From: Octopus vulgaris
Taxonomy: Eukaryota
DNA: 64,000 nucleotides
Reading direction: 5' to 3'
Assembly (NCBI GenBank): GCA_951406725.2
Contig: OX597840.1
Location: 13,578,001 to 13,642,000 of the forward strand
Shown piece by piece: positions 12,461 to 24,806 of the stretch. The position numbers were made by a program, and so were the translations under genes. Within the stretch, counting starts at the first letter, position 1; every line of letters starts with the position of its first letter. The notes below the pieces were generated by a model, which made no database searches, was not told the DNA's origin, and worked only from the letters and a program-made list of their open reading frames with translations.

Positions 12461-13702
12461 GTTGAAATTTACAGAAAAACAAATGCTGAAGACAGGTGTA
12501 TCAACAACAATCAGGTGTATTAGTTTGACGCTCAGAAAAGTGAGAAAGTCTTTTATATTTCGAGCCTATGCTCTTCAACAGAAAGGAATATGAGGAAATA
12601 AACAGAGAGAGAATGATAAAAATCTTGTGGATCAATTTAGCGATCAATCATGGTGACTGGTTGGTAAAAAATAGTTTGACAGGAGAGCTAAGGAGAAGGA
12701 GAGATAATAAAGTACTTGTGATCCCAAAACGAAGGTGCGCGTACGTGTGTGTATGTGAGAGTGTGTAAGTACGTGTGGATATGGGCTAGGAACTTTGACG
12801 TATGGTCGTGTGTGTGTGCATCTGTAATATGTGGGTGTGAAAATGATGGTGTGTGGGTGTACAGGTAATGGTGTGTGGTGTGGGGTGGTGAGGTTGTGTG
12901 TAGTGTGGAAGTGTGGGGGTGTGGGGATGTGAGGGTGGGATATGGATGTGGGGGTGAGGATGTGAAGGTGGAGGTATGTAGGAGTGGGATGTGTGGGTGG
13001 GGTGTGGATGGAGGAGGTATCAATGAAGAGAGAAGGTGGTTGGAGTGAAGAGTGGAAGTAGGTGTCAGATGAAGAGGAGGGGAGGAGGAGTCAGATGAAG
13101 AGAGGAGGGGAATTGAGCCCATGTGACACAAAGGAGCAAAGAGAGAAGATTAATTTCTGTTCACGGCAAAGGTGGGGGTCCAGATGGCCCCTGTGCAATG
13201 ACAATCTGAACACAGACAAGTGTTGTAATGAATGACCGATAAAGTAGAAATGCCGTGAGATCAGGACGTTATTGCAGAGTCTAATGCCTCAGAGGTTCTC
13301 TGCGAACAGGTCAGCCAAGCGACATCCCGTTTGACCAATGTACAGAGAAGAGCAGAAAGAGCAGGAGATTGCAAGAAGTGCAGGTAAAGGAGTCAGTGAT
13401 ATGATAGGGATGATGATGGGAGCCTTGAGGATGGTGATGTTGCAGAGGTAGGGGTAAGTGCAGGAGAAGGGGAACAAGCCAGGTTGGGAGGTGGTGTTAG
13501 AGAAGAAATTGTGGACCAGGAAGTCACATAGGTTGTGGGCTCATTTGATGGAGGGAAAGGGTAGGTTGGGGAAGATGTGCAAAGTGGAGGGTCGTACTTG
13601 AATCACCAGAAGGCTCAGAGAATGGTGCGTTGGAGGGGTGGTAGGGGCGGTAGGTGAAGAGAAACGGGAGACGGGCAGCGGTGGAGCGATTGCAGGGAGA
13701 GA

Positions 13703-13705
<3 letters not shown>
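12460..13705 (-). mobile_element. Penelope-like element 3' remnant (GIY-YIG endonuclease plus terminal region)
   Basis: CSFCSSLYIGQTGCRLADLFAENL and REQKLIFSLCSFVSHGLNS are typical of PLE GIY-YIG C-termini. Degenerate hammerhead CTGTTGAA-gagc-atag-gctc-GAAAT at about 12595-12555; (TA)n on both sides. Confidence 0.8.
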
Positions 13706-13744
<39 letters not shown>

Positions 13745-14025
13745 GTAATATGTGACAATTATTCGGTAGCCAAGATAAAACTCCAAGTTTTGGATGCCGA
13801 GGTGGAAATCCACGCCACCATCACTTCAGTTATCCAGCCATCAGAAAAACGCTGTCAAAAATGACCGTTATACAAAGGGAAATTACTATGTTATTGACTG
13901 CAATTATGACAAAAGAGCTATTCGAATGACCACAAAGTAAGGCCTGTGGGTAAAAAGTTCATAGTATTCGCGTAAGCACGCCTGTTCATACCTACACATG
14001 TGCGCCCGCACACCCACATATACAT

Positions 14026-14078
<53 letters not shown>

Positions 14079-14099
14079 TATACACATATATACATACAC

Positions 14100-14266
14100 C
14101 ACTTCGAAGCAGGGATGGTAAAGAACTTCTTCGTGATTCACAAGGAATTCTGCAAAGGTGGCAAGAACACTTTGATGAACTTTTGAATCAGCAGTCTGTA
14201 GTAAGTGAGGATGTTCTCAATCTCATCCCTGGATTATCCGTGAAGGCGGCACTCGCAGAACCACCA
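14100..14266 (+). mobile_element. RTE fragment nearly identical to 15795-15952
   Basis: PLRSRDGKELLRDSQGILQRWQEHFDELLNQQSVVSEDVL; microsatellite flanks. Confidence 0.8.
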
Positions 14267-14568
14267 TGAATGTATATATTTATGTATGTATGTATGTATG
14301 TATGTATGTATGTATGTATGTATGTATGTATGTATGTATGTATGTATGTATGTATTAGCACAACAAGCTTCCACACAATTTCTGTATCTACCAAGTTCAC
14401 TCCACCCGCAAAGCACCGGTCGATCTGAGGCTAAAGTAGAGAATACTTACCCAAAGAGCCATGCTGTGGGACTGCTATTTCATAGCATGCCAGTGGCTAT
14501 ATAAATTTTCAACAAAATTGGAAAAGCGAGTTTCAAATAGAAAAATAAACTACGTGTCAAGAACTCAC

Positions 14569-14718
14569 CTTGTCGCCCCAATAAAACGGAAAATTTTTGG
14601 GGTCCTTATATTTGTTATACTGATGAACAAACTGCCTTCTTGCTTGTTTTTTGATATGTGGAATATAGGGTTTAATCTCTTCCCATTTCATTAGGGTACC
14701 ATCTGTAACAAAGGCCAT
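14569..14718 (-). CDS. GCLC: GCLC-like (glutamate-cysteine ligase catalytic subunit), first coding exon
   Basis: ATG at 14718; 50 codons MAFVTDGTLMKWEEIKPYIPHIKKQARRQFVHQYNKYKDPKNFPFYWGDK, then donor AAG|GTGAGT. Aligns by eye to the GCLC N-terminus (L.WEE.K...QF...Y...KD...WGDE). An upstream acceptor (ttttctttcatttctatttacag, exon start about 14784) implies a further 5' non-coding exon. Confidence 0.9.
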
Positions 14719-15204
14719 TTTTATTTTGACTGACAAACGTTTTTTTCAGTCAGTTTAACTCTGATCTTCTCTTTTCAGTAAGGACTGTAAATAGAAATGA
14801 AAGAAAATGGGAAACATTAACGTGCAAAACCTTTCTCAACCATTTTTTACCTATCGACCCCTTTGATTACTATTTTATTCTGGTGGACCCCTTATAGCCA
14901 TTCAATGTTTAAAAAGTAGTTTTATATTGGGTTGTCCGGAAAGTTCGTGCCGATTTATAGTAGCTTAACTTTTGACTTATTTTAGAACATGGTTGAGTCC
15001 ATAAAATATATAAATCGATCCACAGGCACATACATGTGTATATACGTACATACATACACAGATACTTACCTAAATACACATACATGTATACTTACACATA
15101 CATACACATACACACATGCATATGTATATTCAAATAAACACATGTACACACACATATATGCATATGCACACATACATATATATATAAATACATACATACA
15201 TACA

Positions 15205-16126
15205 TGATGACTGCCCCCTCGTTATCGAGTATGGCCATTGCACGAAGCTTAACTGTTATTGGTGCTGTGATCGAATGTGACTTTTTAGCCCAGCTAAAGA
15301 TCTACAATCTCTTGTACAGAATTGGCAGCTAAAACCTTTACCGGTAAAAGCCGGCTGTAGTTGTAACTGGGCTTCATGTACCTTTGCATGCCGTTTAAGT
15401 CCTCCTGCCGAATTACACTCTCTTCCACATGCCTGACAGATATGATTAGTATGGTGTGTTACACCACCACCAGTGGCCAGGTTGTCACTCATCTGTCTCG
15501 TTTTATGACTACAAAGATGAATCTTGAGTCCAGCTTTACTGAGGCAGGGTCTTGCACGGACACTGCATGTCAGCATCATAGGAAGACCCTTCCCATCTGG
15601 AAGTGTAACAGCAATGCCCTTCCTGACATCCCTCCTTACTTTCTCATGCGCAACTCAAAAGTGGCTGTCACCTCGCGCACAATCCTTCTCCACCTGCTAC
15701 GAACAATAGCTATGCCCTCCCATGTGTCAGGAGAGATGCAAGCATCTCTTAAGGAAGCCTTCAGCAAGTCCTTATACCTCTTTTTTGGTCCTTTGAAGCA
15801 GGGATGGTAAAGAACTTCATGATTCACAAGGAATTCTGCAAAGGTGGCAAGAACACTTTGATGAACTTTTGAATCAGCAGTCTGTAGTAAGTGAGGATGT
15901 TCTCAATCTCATTCCTGGATTGCCTGTGAAGGCAGCACTCGCAGAACCACCAAAGTCAGAAGAAGTTGCAGTGGCTGTCTCAAGGTTGAATAATGGGAAA
16001 TCTCTGGGTATGGATGGCATACATGCGGAGTTGTTACAGCATGGTGGTGAGAAACTTCTGCAACAATTTCACTCTTTGTTTGGTAAGATATGGACTAGAG
16101 AATCTGTACCTGAGGACTGGAGAGAT
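15205..16126. mobile_element. RTE-clade LINE, 5'-truncated with an internal inversion
   Basis: 15795-15205 minus: GPKKRYKDLLKASL...TWE...RSRWR, zinc fingers and a (CAT)n tail. 15795-16126 plus: RWQEHFDELLN...NGKSLGMDGIHAELL...VPEDWRD. Confidence 0.85.
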
Positions 16127-16195
16127 ACATACATACATACATAATTACATATATACATACATACATACATACATACATATGAGGAAATAATTTTA

Positions 16196-16360
16196 TTCTC
16201 AAACACAGGATAACGCTAGTAATATAGCACGAACAGGATAAACTATCCATAGTTTGCAGAAAAATCTGTTGGCAGCCAGCCATGAGACAGACTTTTCTGC
16301 AAACTATGGATAGTTTATCCTGTTCGTGCTATATTACTAGCGTTATCCTGCGTTTGAGAA
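16196..16360. repeat. Near-perfect hairpin, about 68-bp arms
   Basis: ttctcaaacacaggataacgctag...gcagaaaa and its reverse complement, with one mismatch. Confidence 0.85.
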
Positions 16361-17380
16361 ATGTGGTATAAGGTATAAGGGCCCAGAGAAAATATTCTGG
16401 GAGCAGAAAAGAAGAAAATTCAGCAATACCTCGAATTAATTCGTTCCCAGAGAATGCTCGTAAAGCAAAAACTCATAAACAGAAAATAAAACTTGTAAAA
16501 ACTCGTAAACCCAATGTCTCATAAAGCAGGTCCTTAAAAAGCGAGGTGTTACTCTTTTACTTCTTTCAGTGATTTGACTGCGGCCATGCTGGAGCACCGC
16601 CTTTAGTCGACCAAATCGACCCCAGGACTAATTCTTTGTAACCTAGTACATAATCTATCGGTCACTTTTGCTGAACCGCTATGTTACGGGGACGTAAACA
16701 CCCCAGCATCAGTTGTCAAGTGATGTTGTGGGGACAAACAGAGACACACAAACATATACACACACATACATACATATATACATATATATATACAACAGGC
16801 TTCTTTCAGTTTCCGTCTACCAAATCCACTCACAAGACTTTGGTCAGCCCAAGGCTATAGTAGAAGACACTTGCCCAAGGTGCCATACAGTGGGACAGAA
16901 CCCAGAATCATGCGGTTGGTAAGCAAGCTACTTACCACAGCCACTATTGTGCCTATTTACTGTACACGAAAAAGAATTAAGAAAGAAGAAATATTGAAAA
17001 AGACTGCATTTTTATTTATACAAAGAAAGTGTGAAGGAGTTGGGATTCCCTGCTGCATATTTAGCATCGATGATTCTATGCTGACTTGTTTGACATCACT
17101 CGTTTTAAATGTTTCTCTCGTTCTCTCCCTCCTTTCGCTCTCTTTTCTCTCTTTTTACTCCCTCTCTCTTCTTTTATTCTTTTGCTTGTTTCAGTCATTT
17201 AACTGCGACCATGCTGGAGCACCGCCTTTAGTCTAATCAACCCCAGGACTTATTCTTTGTAAACCTAGTACTTATTCTATCATACTTTTCTGCTGAACTG
17301 CTAAGCTATGGTAATGTAAACACTCCAACATAGGTTGTCAAGTGATGGTGGGGGACAAACACAGACACAAATACATACAT

Positions 17381-17424
<44 letters not shown>

Positions 17425-17425
<1 letters not shown>

Positions 17426-17756
17426 GGCGCATGGCTCAGTGGTTAGAGCGTCGAGCTAACGATCGTGAGGGTGTGAGCTCGAATCCCGGACCGGGCTGCG
17501 TGTTGTGTTCTTGAGCAAGACACTTTATTTCACGTTGCTCCAGTTCACTCAGCTGTAGAAATGAGTTGCGACGTCACAGGTGCCAAGCTGTATCGACCTT
17601 TGTCTTTCCCTTGGATAACACTGGTGGCGTGGAGAGGGGAGGCTGGTATGCATGGGCGACTACTGGTCTTCCATAAAACAACCTTGCCCAGACTTGTGCC
17701 TCAGAAGGTAACTCTCTAGGTGCAAACCCATGGTCATTCATGACCGAAGGGGGTCA
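17425..17756 (+). mobile_element. tRNA-derived SINE family D, nested in the (TA)n of a family A SINE
   Basis: ggcgcatggctcagtggttagagcg A-box and gagctcgaatccc B-box; related copy at 57405-57718. Confidence 0.82.
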
Positions 17757-18139
17757 AAAAAAATATATATATATATATATATATACGACGGGCTTCTTTC
17801 AGTTTCCATCTACCAAATCCACTTACAAGGCTGTGGTCAGCCCAAGGCTATACAAGAAGACACTTGCCCAAGGTGCTACACAGTGGGATTAAACCCGGAA
17901 CAATGTGGTTGGGAAGCAAGCTTCTTACCACACAGCCACTCCTGTGCGCAGGGCAAATTTTAGCCATTTCTCCGCAGCCTGAAAAAGCGATGAACAACCT
18001 TAATCAATTTTCGAACCTTATTGTCCTCTCATCAGAGGTGTGTCAGCATATTTCTTCTTAGATGCATGGGGAGAGGGAAAGCATTTATGCCAATTGTGTT
18101 CAATTTATAAATTGCTATTTCTTTCTCTTGCTCTTTCGC

Positions 18140-18183
<44 letters not shown>

Positions 18184-18347
18184 TTTACACTCTCTCTCTC
18201 TCTTTCTCTCTCTTTTACCCCCTCTCTTCCTTCTTCTTCTTCTTCTTCTTCTTTCTCTCTCTCTCTTCCTCTTCTCTCTCTCTCTTCCTCGTATACACTC
18301 TCTTTCTGTCTGCATGTATCAATTTCTGTGTAAAAGTGCATGCGTTT

Positions 18348-18765
18348 AGGCTCAGGAGTGGCTGTGTGGTAAGTAGCTTGCTAACCAACCACATGGTTCT
18401 GGGTTCAGTCCCACTGCGTGGCATCTTGGGCAAGTGTCTTCTGCTATAGCCTCAGGCCGACCAATGCCTTGTGAGTGGATTTGGTAGACGGAAACTGAAA
18501 GAAGCCTGTTGTATATATGTATATATATGTAAGTATGTGTATGTATATGTTTGTGTGTCTGTGTTTGTCCCTCTAGCATTGCTTGACAACCGATGCTGGT
18601 GTGTTTACGTCCCCATCACTTAGCGGTTCGGCAAAAGAGACTGATAGAATAAGTACTGGGCTTACAAAGAATAAGTCCCGGGGTCGATTTTCTCGACTAA
18701 AGGCGGTGCTCCAGCATGGCCGCAGTCAAATGACTGAAACAAGTAAAAGAGTAAAGAGTAAGAGT
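18348..18765 (+). mobile_element. SINE family A
   Basis: Near-identical to 8531-8930. Confidence 0.9.
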
Positions 18766-19552
18766 ATGTGTGTGTGTTTGTGAGTGTGAGTTTGCCTTCA
18801 TCTCCATCAAAACAGACTGAATGCTCAGTCAACTAAGCCAAAAGTCAGGCGTCGAATCATTTGCACCCAATCATCTCACTTCGAGAGTTCTTTATGTTTA
18901 TATCGTGGTTAAAAATTAAAATCTAGGTTCGATAATATATTGAAAAAAAATTTCAAATTGTGCAGTCAGGCATAACTGTCTGGTCTTGTTATTCACACTA
19001 GATTGATATTTCAAGTTGATCAATATTACAATTGTCAGGTATTGATACTAATGTATTTAATTCTACATAAAATTTGTTTTGAAAAGCATTGTCTGGGAAA
19101 GGTAAAGCAAATAAAGAATAAAACAGGTATTTAGTAATATGGCTATACACATAATACACATATATGCATCTATGTAAATACATACTTATACAGTGTATAT
19201 ATATATATATATATATCATCATCATCATCATCAGTTTAGCATCCGTTTTCCATGCTTGCCCTTCCTAACGCCAACCACTCCGTGAGTGTAGTGGGTGCTT
19301 TTTACGTGCCACCCGCACGTATATATACATTCATATATATATATATATATATAGTTAATCCAAACAAGAAAACACAAAAAAACACAGCAACGTGAGGACA
19401 TGGAACAAATAAAGTATTATTGGACGCTCAGGAAAGAAGGGAAGAAGAGGGTTTAACGTTTCAAGCGGAGCTCTTCATCGGAAACAAAGGAGAAGGCAAG
19501 ATCCCGAGAAGGGAAGACAGAGGAAAAAAATTGCTGGTGGTGCTCACGAGGT

Positions 19553-19603
<51 letters not shown>

Positions 19604-19609
19604 ATATTC

Positions 19610-19980
19610 ATAAATGAGGGTGAAAAATTAGATATTAATTTAATAATACTGTCAGTTTAACACCGAGTGGCCTAGAAACCAGGGAGACAGTACAAATTTA
19701 TATATAAATATAAGAGAGTTAACGATAAGTGGCTAACTCTAGTGCTAGAAATAGCTCCTTATTCTGGTATAGCCACCGAAGATTTTTTTCCACAGCAGAA
19801 ACAGCATTACCTTCAACGTAAGGGAAGCGAAATACAACAAAAAGATAGATCAATACTGAACAATTGTTTCCTTATCAACATAAATGTAATTATACTCACA
19901 TATTTGTCTATAATTCATCAGCAGTATTTGTCCTCGATACAATTTATCGATATAAATATTGATAAGGAAACAATTGAGAC
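19610..19980 (-). mobile_element. Hammerhead-bearing element related to 6436-6928
   Basis: Shared motifs gggtga.aaaatt.gata, tttaacacc.agtggc.tag and taaatataagaga. Short inverted copy of the ribozyme 3' half at 19956-19976. Confidence 0.65.
19852..19928 (-). ncRNA. Hammerhead ribozyme motif homologous to 6693-6771
   Basis: aatactg-CTGATGA-attat...ataag-GAAAC-aatt-GTT-cagtatt. 7-bp stem I; shares the tatgtgagta.aattacat stem II apex. Confidence 0.72.
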
Positions 19981-20153
19981 ATAAATACAGCAACATCAGT
20001 TGTCAAGCGACGATGGGGGAACAAACACAGACACACAAACATACACACACACACACACACACACATATACAAAGGAAGAAGACACCATCCTTTCATGAGG
20101 CTATCATAACCTCTAATCGGATTATATACATACATATATATATATATGTATGT

Positions 20154-20202
<49 letters not shown>

Positions 20203-20575
20203 TTATAAAATGAGATAGGGGTTGAAAATTCAACCCACCATGGGATAATATGTATCCAATATACTGCTAGATAGGTACCCAACAAAAATTAATACATAGA
20301 TGTTAGAAATTGTCAAGCAATCAGTTCATCTATTGTATTAAATGGGTAAGGGTAATAATATTACCGTAAATTAATACTACAAAATTAGAGAATGGAGAAA
20401 CATATTTAAATCAATAAAACATCAACTATCCGATGATACTCAATCCATACTTTAATACACCATTACATAGGAGTAAAGGCAATATATAAAATGAAATGAG
20501 ATATACAGTAATAGTAAAAGTAAAAAGATAAAGAGATATAAGTAAAAAATTACAAATACAATATGCAAATAAATC

Positions 20576-20691
20576 AAAACTGACAGCTGTTTCGGCAGTG
20601 AGGACAGTCATACCTCATTTAACCTATAAGCCATAAAGGCAGGTATAAATGAGGCATTAACAAAGATGCCCCACGGCCTCTTCAGAGAATT
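20576..20691 (-). ncRNA. Mirror copy of the hammerhead motif in the left arm of the large palindrome
   Basis: Reverse complement of 23825-23940, with one substitution in stem II. Confidence 0.72.
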
Positions 20692-21030
20692 AAATTAAAT
20701 TTGTTATAATAGTGAAAAATATTATATAATCATATACATATAAATATAAAAATATAAAAAAGTAAAATATAAAAACTTATACATCATAATGCTACACTTG
20801 TATAATATAATACATATTTGTACAAAAAGGAAGGTAACCAGAACAAAATAAAACAAAATATATAACAGTGTATATATAATATTAATAAGTACCGATATCA
20901 TACATATTTAGCTAATAGTTTTTTTTATAAAAAAAAGGGGCTAACACATATGGAGATGAAAAATAATAATAATTAAATCCGTGGTACAGTTCATAAAATT
21001 CTAAAGCTATAAAAGTTAATAAAAATTACT

Positions 21031-21064
<34 letters not shown>

Positions 21065-23449
21065 GTAATAATAATAAAAATAATAAAAATAGATACAGTT
21101 AAGTTATCACCAAGTCCATCCTTCCAAGATCGAAATAACTATGAGTTAAGAAATGCTGACCACTAGGTAAAGAAAATTTAGATTAATTCGATTGGCTATT
21201 GGTTTGAAATTTAAATCACAAAAGAAAATTATACGGTTGGTTAGTCAGGGAACGCCAATATTCACACACGCATCTACAGATCAATCGCACATACACACAT
21301 AGTTATATGTATATACATACACTTGTACATATACATAATCATAAGCAACAACTAACACTTAGATAAACAAATAGGGAAGCAACCATGCTAACACTAAGTC
21401 CTTCAAAATTATAACTGAGCCTCAATAACAAAAAAAGAACCATCCATGCATTCTATAAAATATTTAATTAAGATATAAATGTATTTTTAAATATCAGTAT
21501 GTTACTAATTCAGATAATTATTTCATGGGTAACTTAAAATTTGTAACACCGGTTTGTTGCAGAGTAAACATACGGTTGTTAGGTTTATCGTAAGTTTGTT
21601 ATGATTTAAAGTACGCTAAATTATAAAATATAAAATATAAAATATATTAATTTAGATATTATAAATAAGTCACTTATTAACTTAATAAATATAGTGCCAA
21701 AATATACCAGTTTAGGCAATAAAAAATAGAGGGGGAAGTATTAATGTAAACGCTTATGAGAACATCACAGAAATTTTAAATAAATTTTATATTATAAAGA
21801 CTTAATATGAAAAGAGATAAAATAAATAAAAAGGAATAAATACGAAGGAATAAATACGGTTATACACATAATTATAAGTACAAACTAGTATATATGTATT
21901 CATATATTATTAAAATAAATAAAAATAAATGATAGATATGTATGTATAAAACTACACCAGTATAAGTAAATAAGTAAAGAATAAATAGGTAACAAATTAA
22001 ATGACTAGATATGTATGTAAACATCTACACTTAAATAGGCAAATAAATAAATAAATAGAAGACTAGATGCAAATATTGATAATATTACAATAAAATGGGA
22101 AATAAATAAAAATAAATAAAGTGAATATATATATTTTATATTGTTGAAAGTATATTTTTTATTATTTATTTTATTATATATTTGGTCTTTATGTACTCAC
22201 CTTAATTTGTATCTTATGTTATTCACTGATAAACCTTTTTCATTTTTTTCATTTTCTCATTTACATACATTTTGCTTTATAATTGTTACCAGCCTCATAT
22301 ATTTAGTTTATATCTATAGTCCTCTGGATCTGTACTTTAAACTATCCTTCCATACATATTTACTTTCAACAATATAAAATATATATATTCACTTTATTTA
22401 TTTTTATTTATTTCCCATTTTATTGTAATATTATCAATATTTGCATCTAGTCTTCTATTTATTTATTTATTTGCCTATTTAAGTGTAGATGTTTACATAC
22501 ATATCTAGTCATTTAATTTGTTACCTATTTATTCTTTACTTATTTACTTATACTGGTGTAGTTTTATACATACATATCTATCATTTATTTTTATTTATTT
22601 TAATAATATATGAATACATATATACTAGTTTGTACTTATAATTATGTGTATAACCGTATTTATTCCTTCGTATTTATTCCTTTTTATTTATTTTATCTCT
22701 TTTCATATTAAGTCTTTATAATATAAAATTTATTTAAAATTTCTGTGATGTTCTCATAAGCGTTTACATTAATACTTCCCCCTCTATTTTTTATTGCCTA
22801 AACTGGTATATTTTGGCACTATATTTATTAAGTTAATAAGTGACTTATTTATAATATCTAAATTAATATATTTTATATTTTATATTTTATAATTTAGCGT
22901 ACTTTAAATCATAACAAACTTACGATAAACCTAACAACCGTATGTTTACTCTGCAACAAACCGGTGTTACAAATTTTAAGTTACCCATGAAATAATTATC
23001 TGAATTAGTAACATACTGATATTTAAAAATACATTTATATCTTAATTAAATATTTTATAGAATGCATGGATGGTTCTTTTTTTGTTATTGAGGCTCAGTT
23101 ATAATTTTGAAGGACTTAGTGTTAGCATGGTTGCTTCCCTATTTGTTTATCTAAGTGTTAGTTGTTGCTTATGATTATGTATATGTACAAGTGTATGTAT
23201 ATACATATAACTATGTGTGTATGTGCGATTGATCTGTAGATGCGTGTGTGAATATTGGCGTTCCCTGACTAACCAACCGTATAATTTTCTTTTGTGATTT
23301 AAATTTCAAACCAATAGCCAATCGAATTAATCTAAATTTTCTTTACCTAGTGGTCAGCATTTCTTAACTCATAGTTATTTCGATCTTGGAAGGATGGACT
23401 TGGTGATAACTTAACTGTATCTATTTTTATTATTTTTTATTATTATTAC

Positions 23450-23483
<34 letters not shown>

Positions 23484-23824
23484 AGTAATTTTTATTAACT
23501 TTTATAGCTTTAGAATTTTATGAACTGTACCACGGATTTAATTATTATTATTTTTCATCTCCATATGTGTTAGCCCCTTTTTTTTTTATAAAAAAAACTA
23601 TTAGCTAAATATGTATGATATCGGTACTTATTAATATTATATATACACTGTTATATATTTTGTTTTATTTTGTTCTGGTTACCTTCCTTTTTGTACAAAT
23701 ATGTATTATATTATACAAGTGTAGCATTATGATGTATAAGTTTTTATATTTTACTTTTTTATATTTTTATATTTATATGTATATGATTATATAATATTTT
23801 TCACTATTATAACAAATTTAATTT

Positions 23825-23940
23825 AATTCTCTGAAGAGGCCGTGGGGCATCTTTATTAATGCCTCATTTATACCTGCCTTTATGGCTTATAGGTTAAATG
23901 AGGTATGACTGTCCTCACTGCCGAAACAGCTGTCAGTTTT
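23825..23940 (+). ncRNA. Hammerhead ribozyme motif (long stem II) in the right arm of the large palindrome
   Basis: CTGAAGA(23831)-ggccgtgggg..atgcctcattta/taaatgaggtat..cctcactgcc-GAAAC-agct-GTC(23934). Stem I is imperfect. Confidence 0.72.
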
Positions 23941-24229
23941 GATTTATTTGCATATTGTATTTGTAATTTTTTACTTATATCTCTTTATCTTTTTACTTTT
24001 ACTATTACTGTATATCTCATTTCATTTTATATATTGCCTTTACTCCTATGTAATGGTGTATTAAAGTATGGATTGAGTATCATCGGATAGTTGATGTTTT
24101 ATTGATTTAAATATGTTTCTCCATTCTCTAATTTTGTAGTATATATATATATATATATATATACCAGAGTAAACACATAAATGTGAAACAAGGTGGAAAA
24201 AAGAGTACTCAAATACCAGAGGTAGGGTA

Positions 24230-24355
24230 ATATGCTTTATTTAAAAGCAGCAGAAATATAACAAAAGCTGTTAACTCGGAGTTTCACAAACGGGAACATG
24301 AAACTCTGAGTAACAGCTTTTGTTATATTTCTGCTGCTTTTAAATAAAGTATATA
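24230..24355. repeat. Hairpin, about 55-bp arms, each starting at a GAAACTCNGAGT motif
   Basis: gctttatttaaaagcagcagaaatataacaaaagctgtt and its reverse complement; (TA)n flanks. Confidence 0.8.
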
Positions 24356-24480
24356 TATATATACGACAGGCTTCTTTCAGTTTCCGTCTACTAAATCCAC
24401 TCACAAGGCTTTGGTTGGCACTAGGACTGAACCTAGAACCATGTGGTTGGGAAGCAAACTTCTTACCACAGGTCCATGCC

Positions 24481-24806
<326 letters not shown>

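Larger units (their letters stand above)
20374..24142. repeat. Large near-perfect inverted repeat (arms 20374-22152 and 22361-24142, 208-bp spacer)
   Basis: Arms are reverse complements wherever spot-checked (the identical 61-aa ORF is called on both strands). Bounded by (TA)n tracts; each arm carries a hammerhead motif. Confidence 0.93.

Noticed and set aside
13770-13845. Hammerhead-like remnants here and at about 5700-5730 and 12055-12095 (minus)
   Set aside because: Cores too degenerate (GAAA or CUGANGA missing) to call.
17425-17500. tRNA gene candidate
   Set aside because: No proper acceptor stem; it continues into a SINE body.
20426-20611. Identical 61-aa ORF on both strands (also 23905-24090)
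   Set aside because: A by-product of the palindrome, with low-complexity AT-rich codons overlapping the ribozyme motif.
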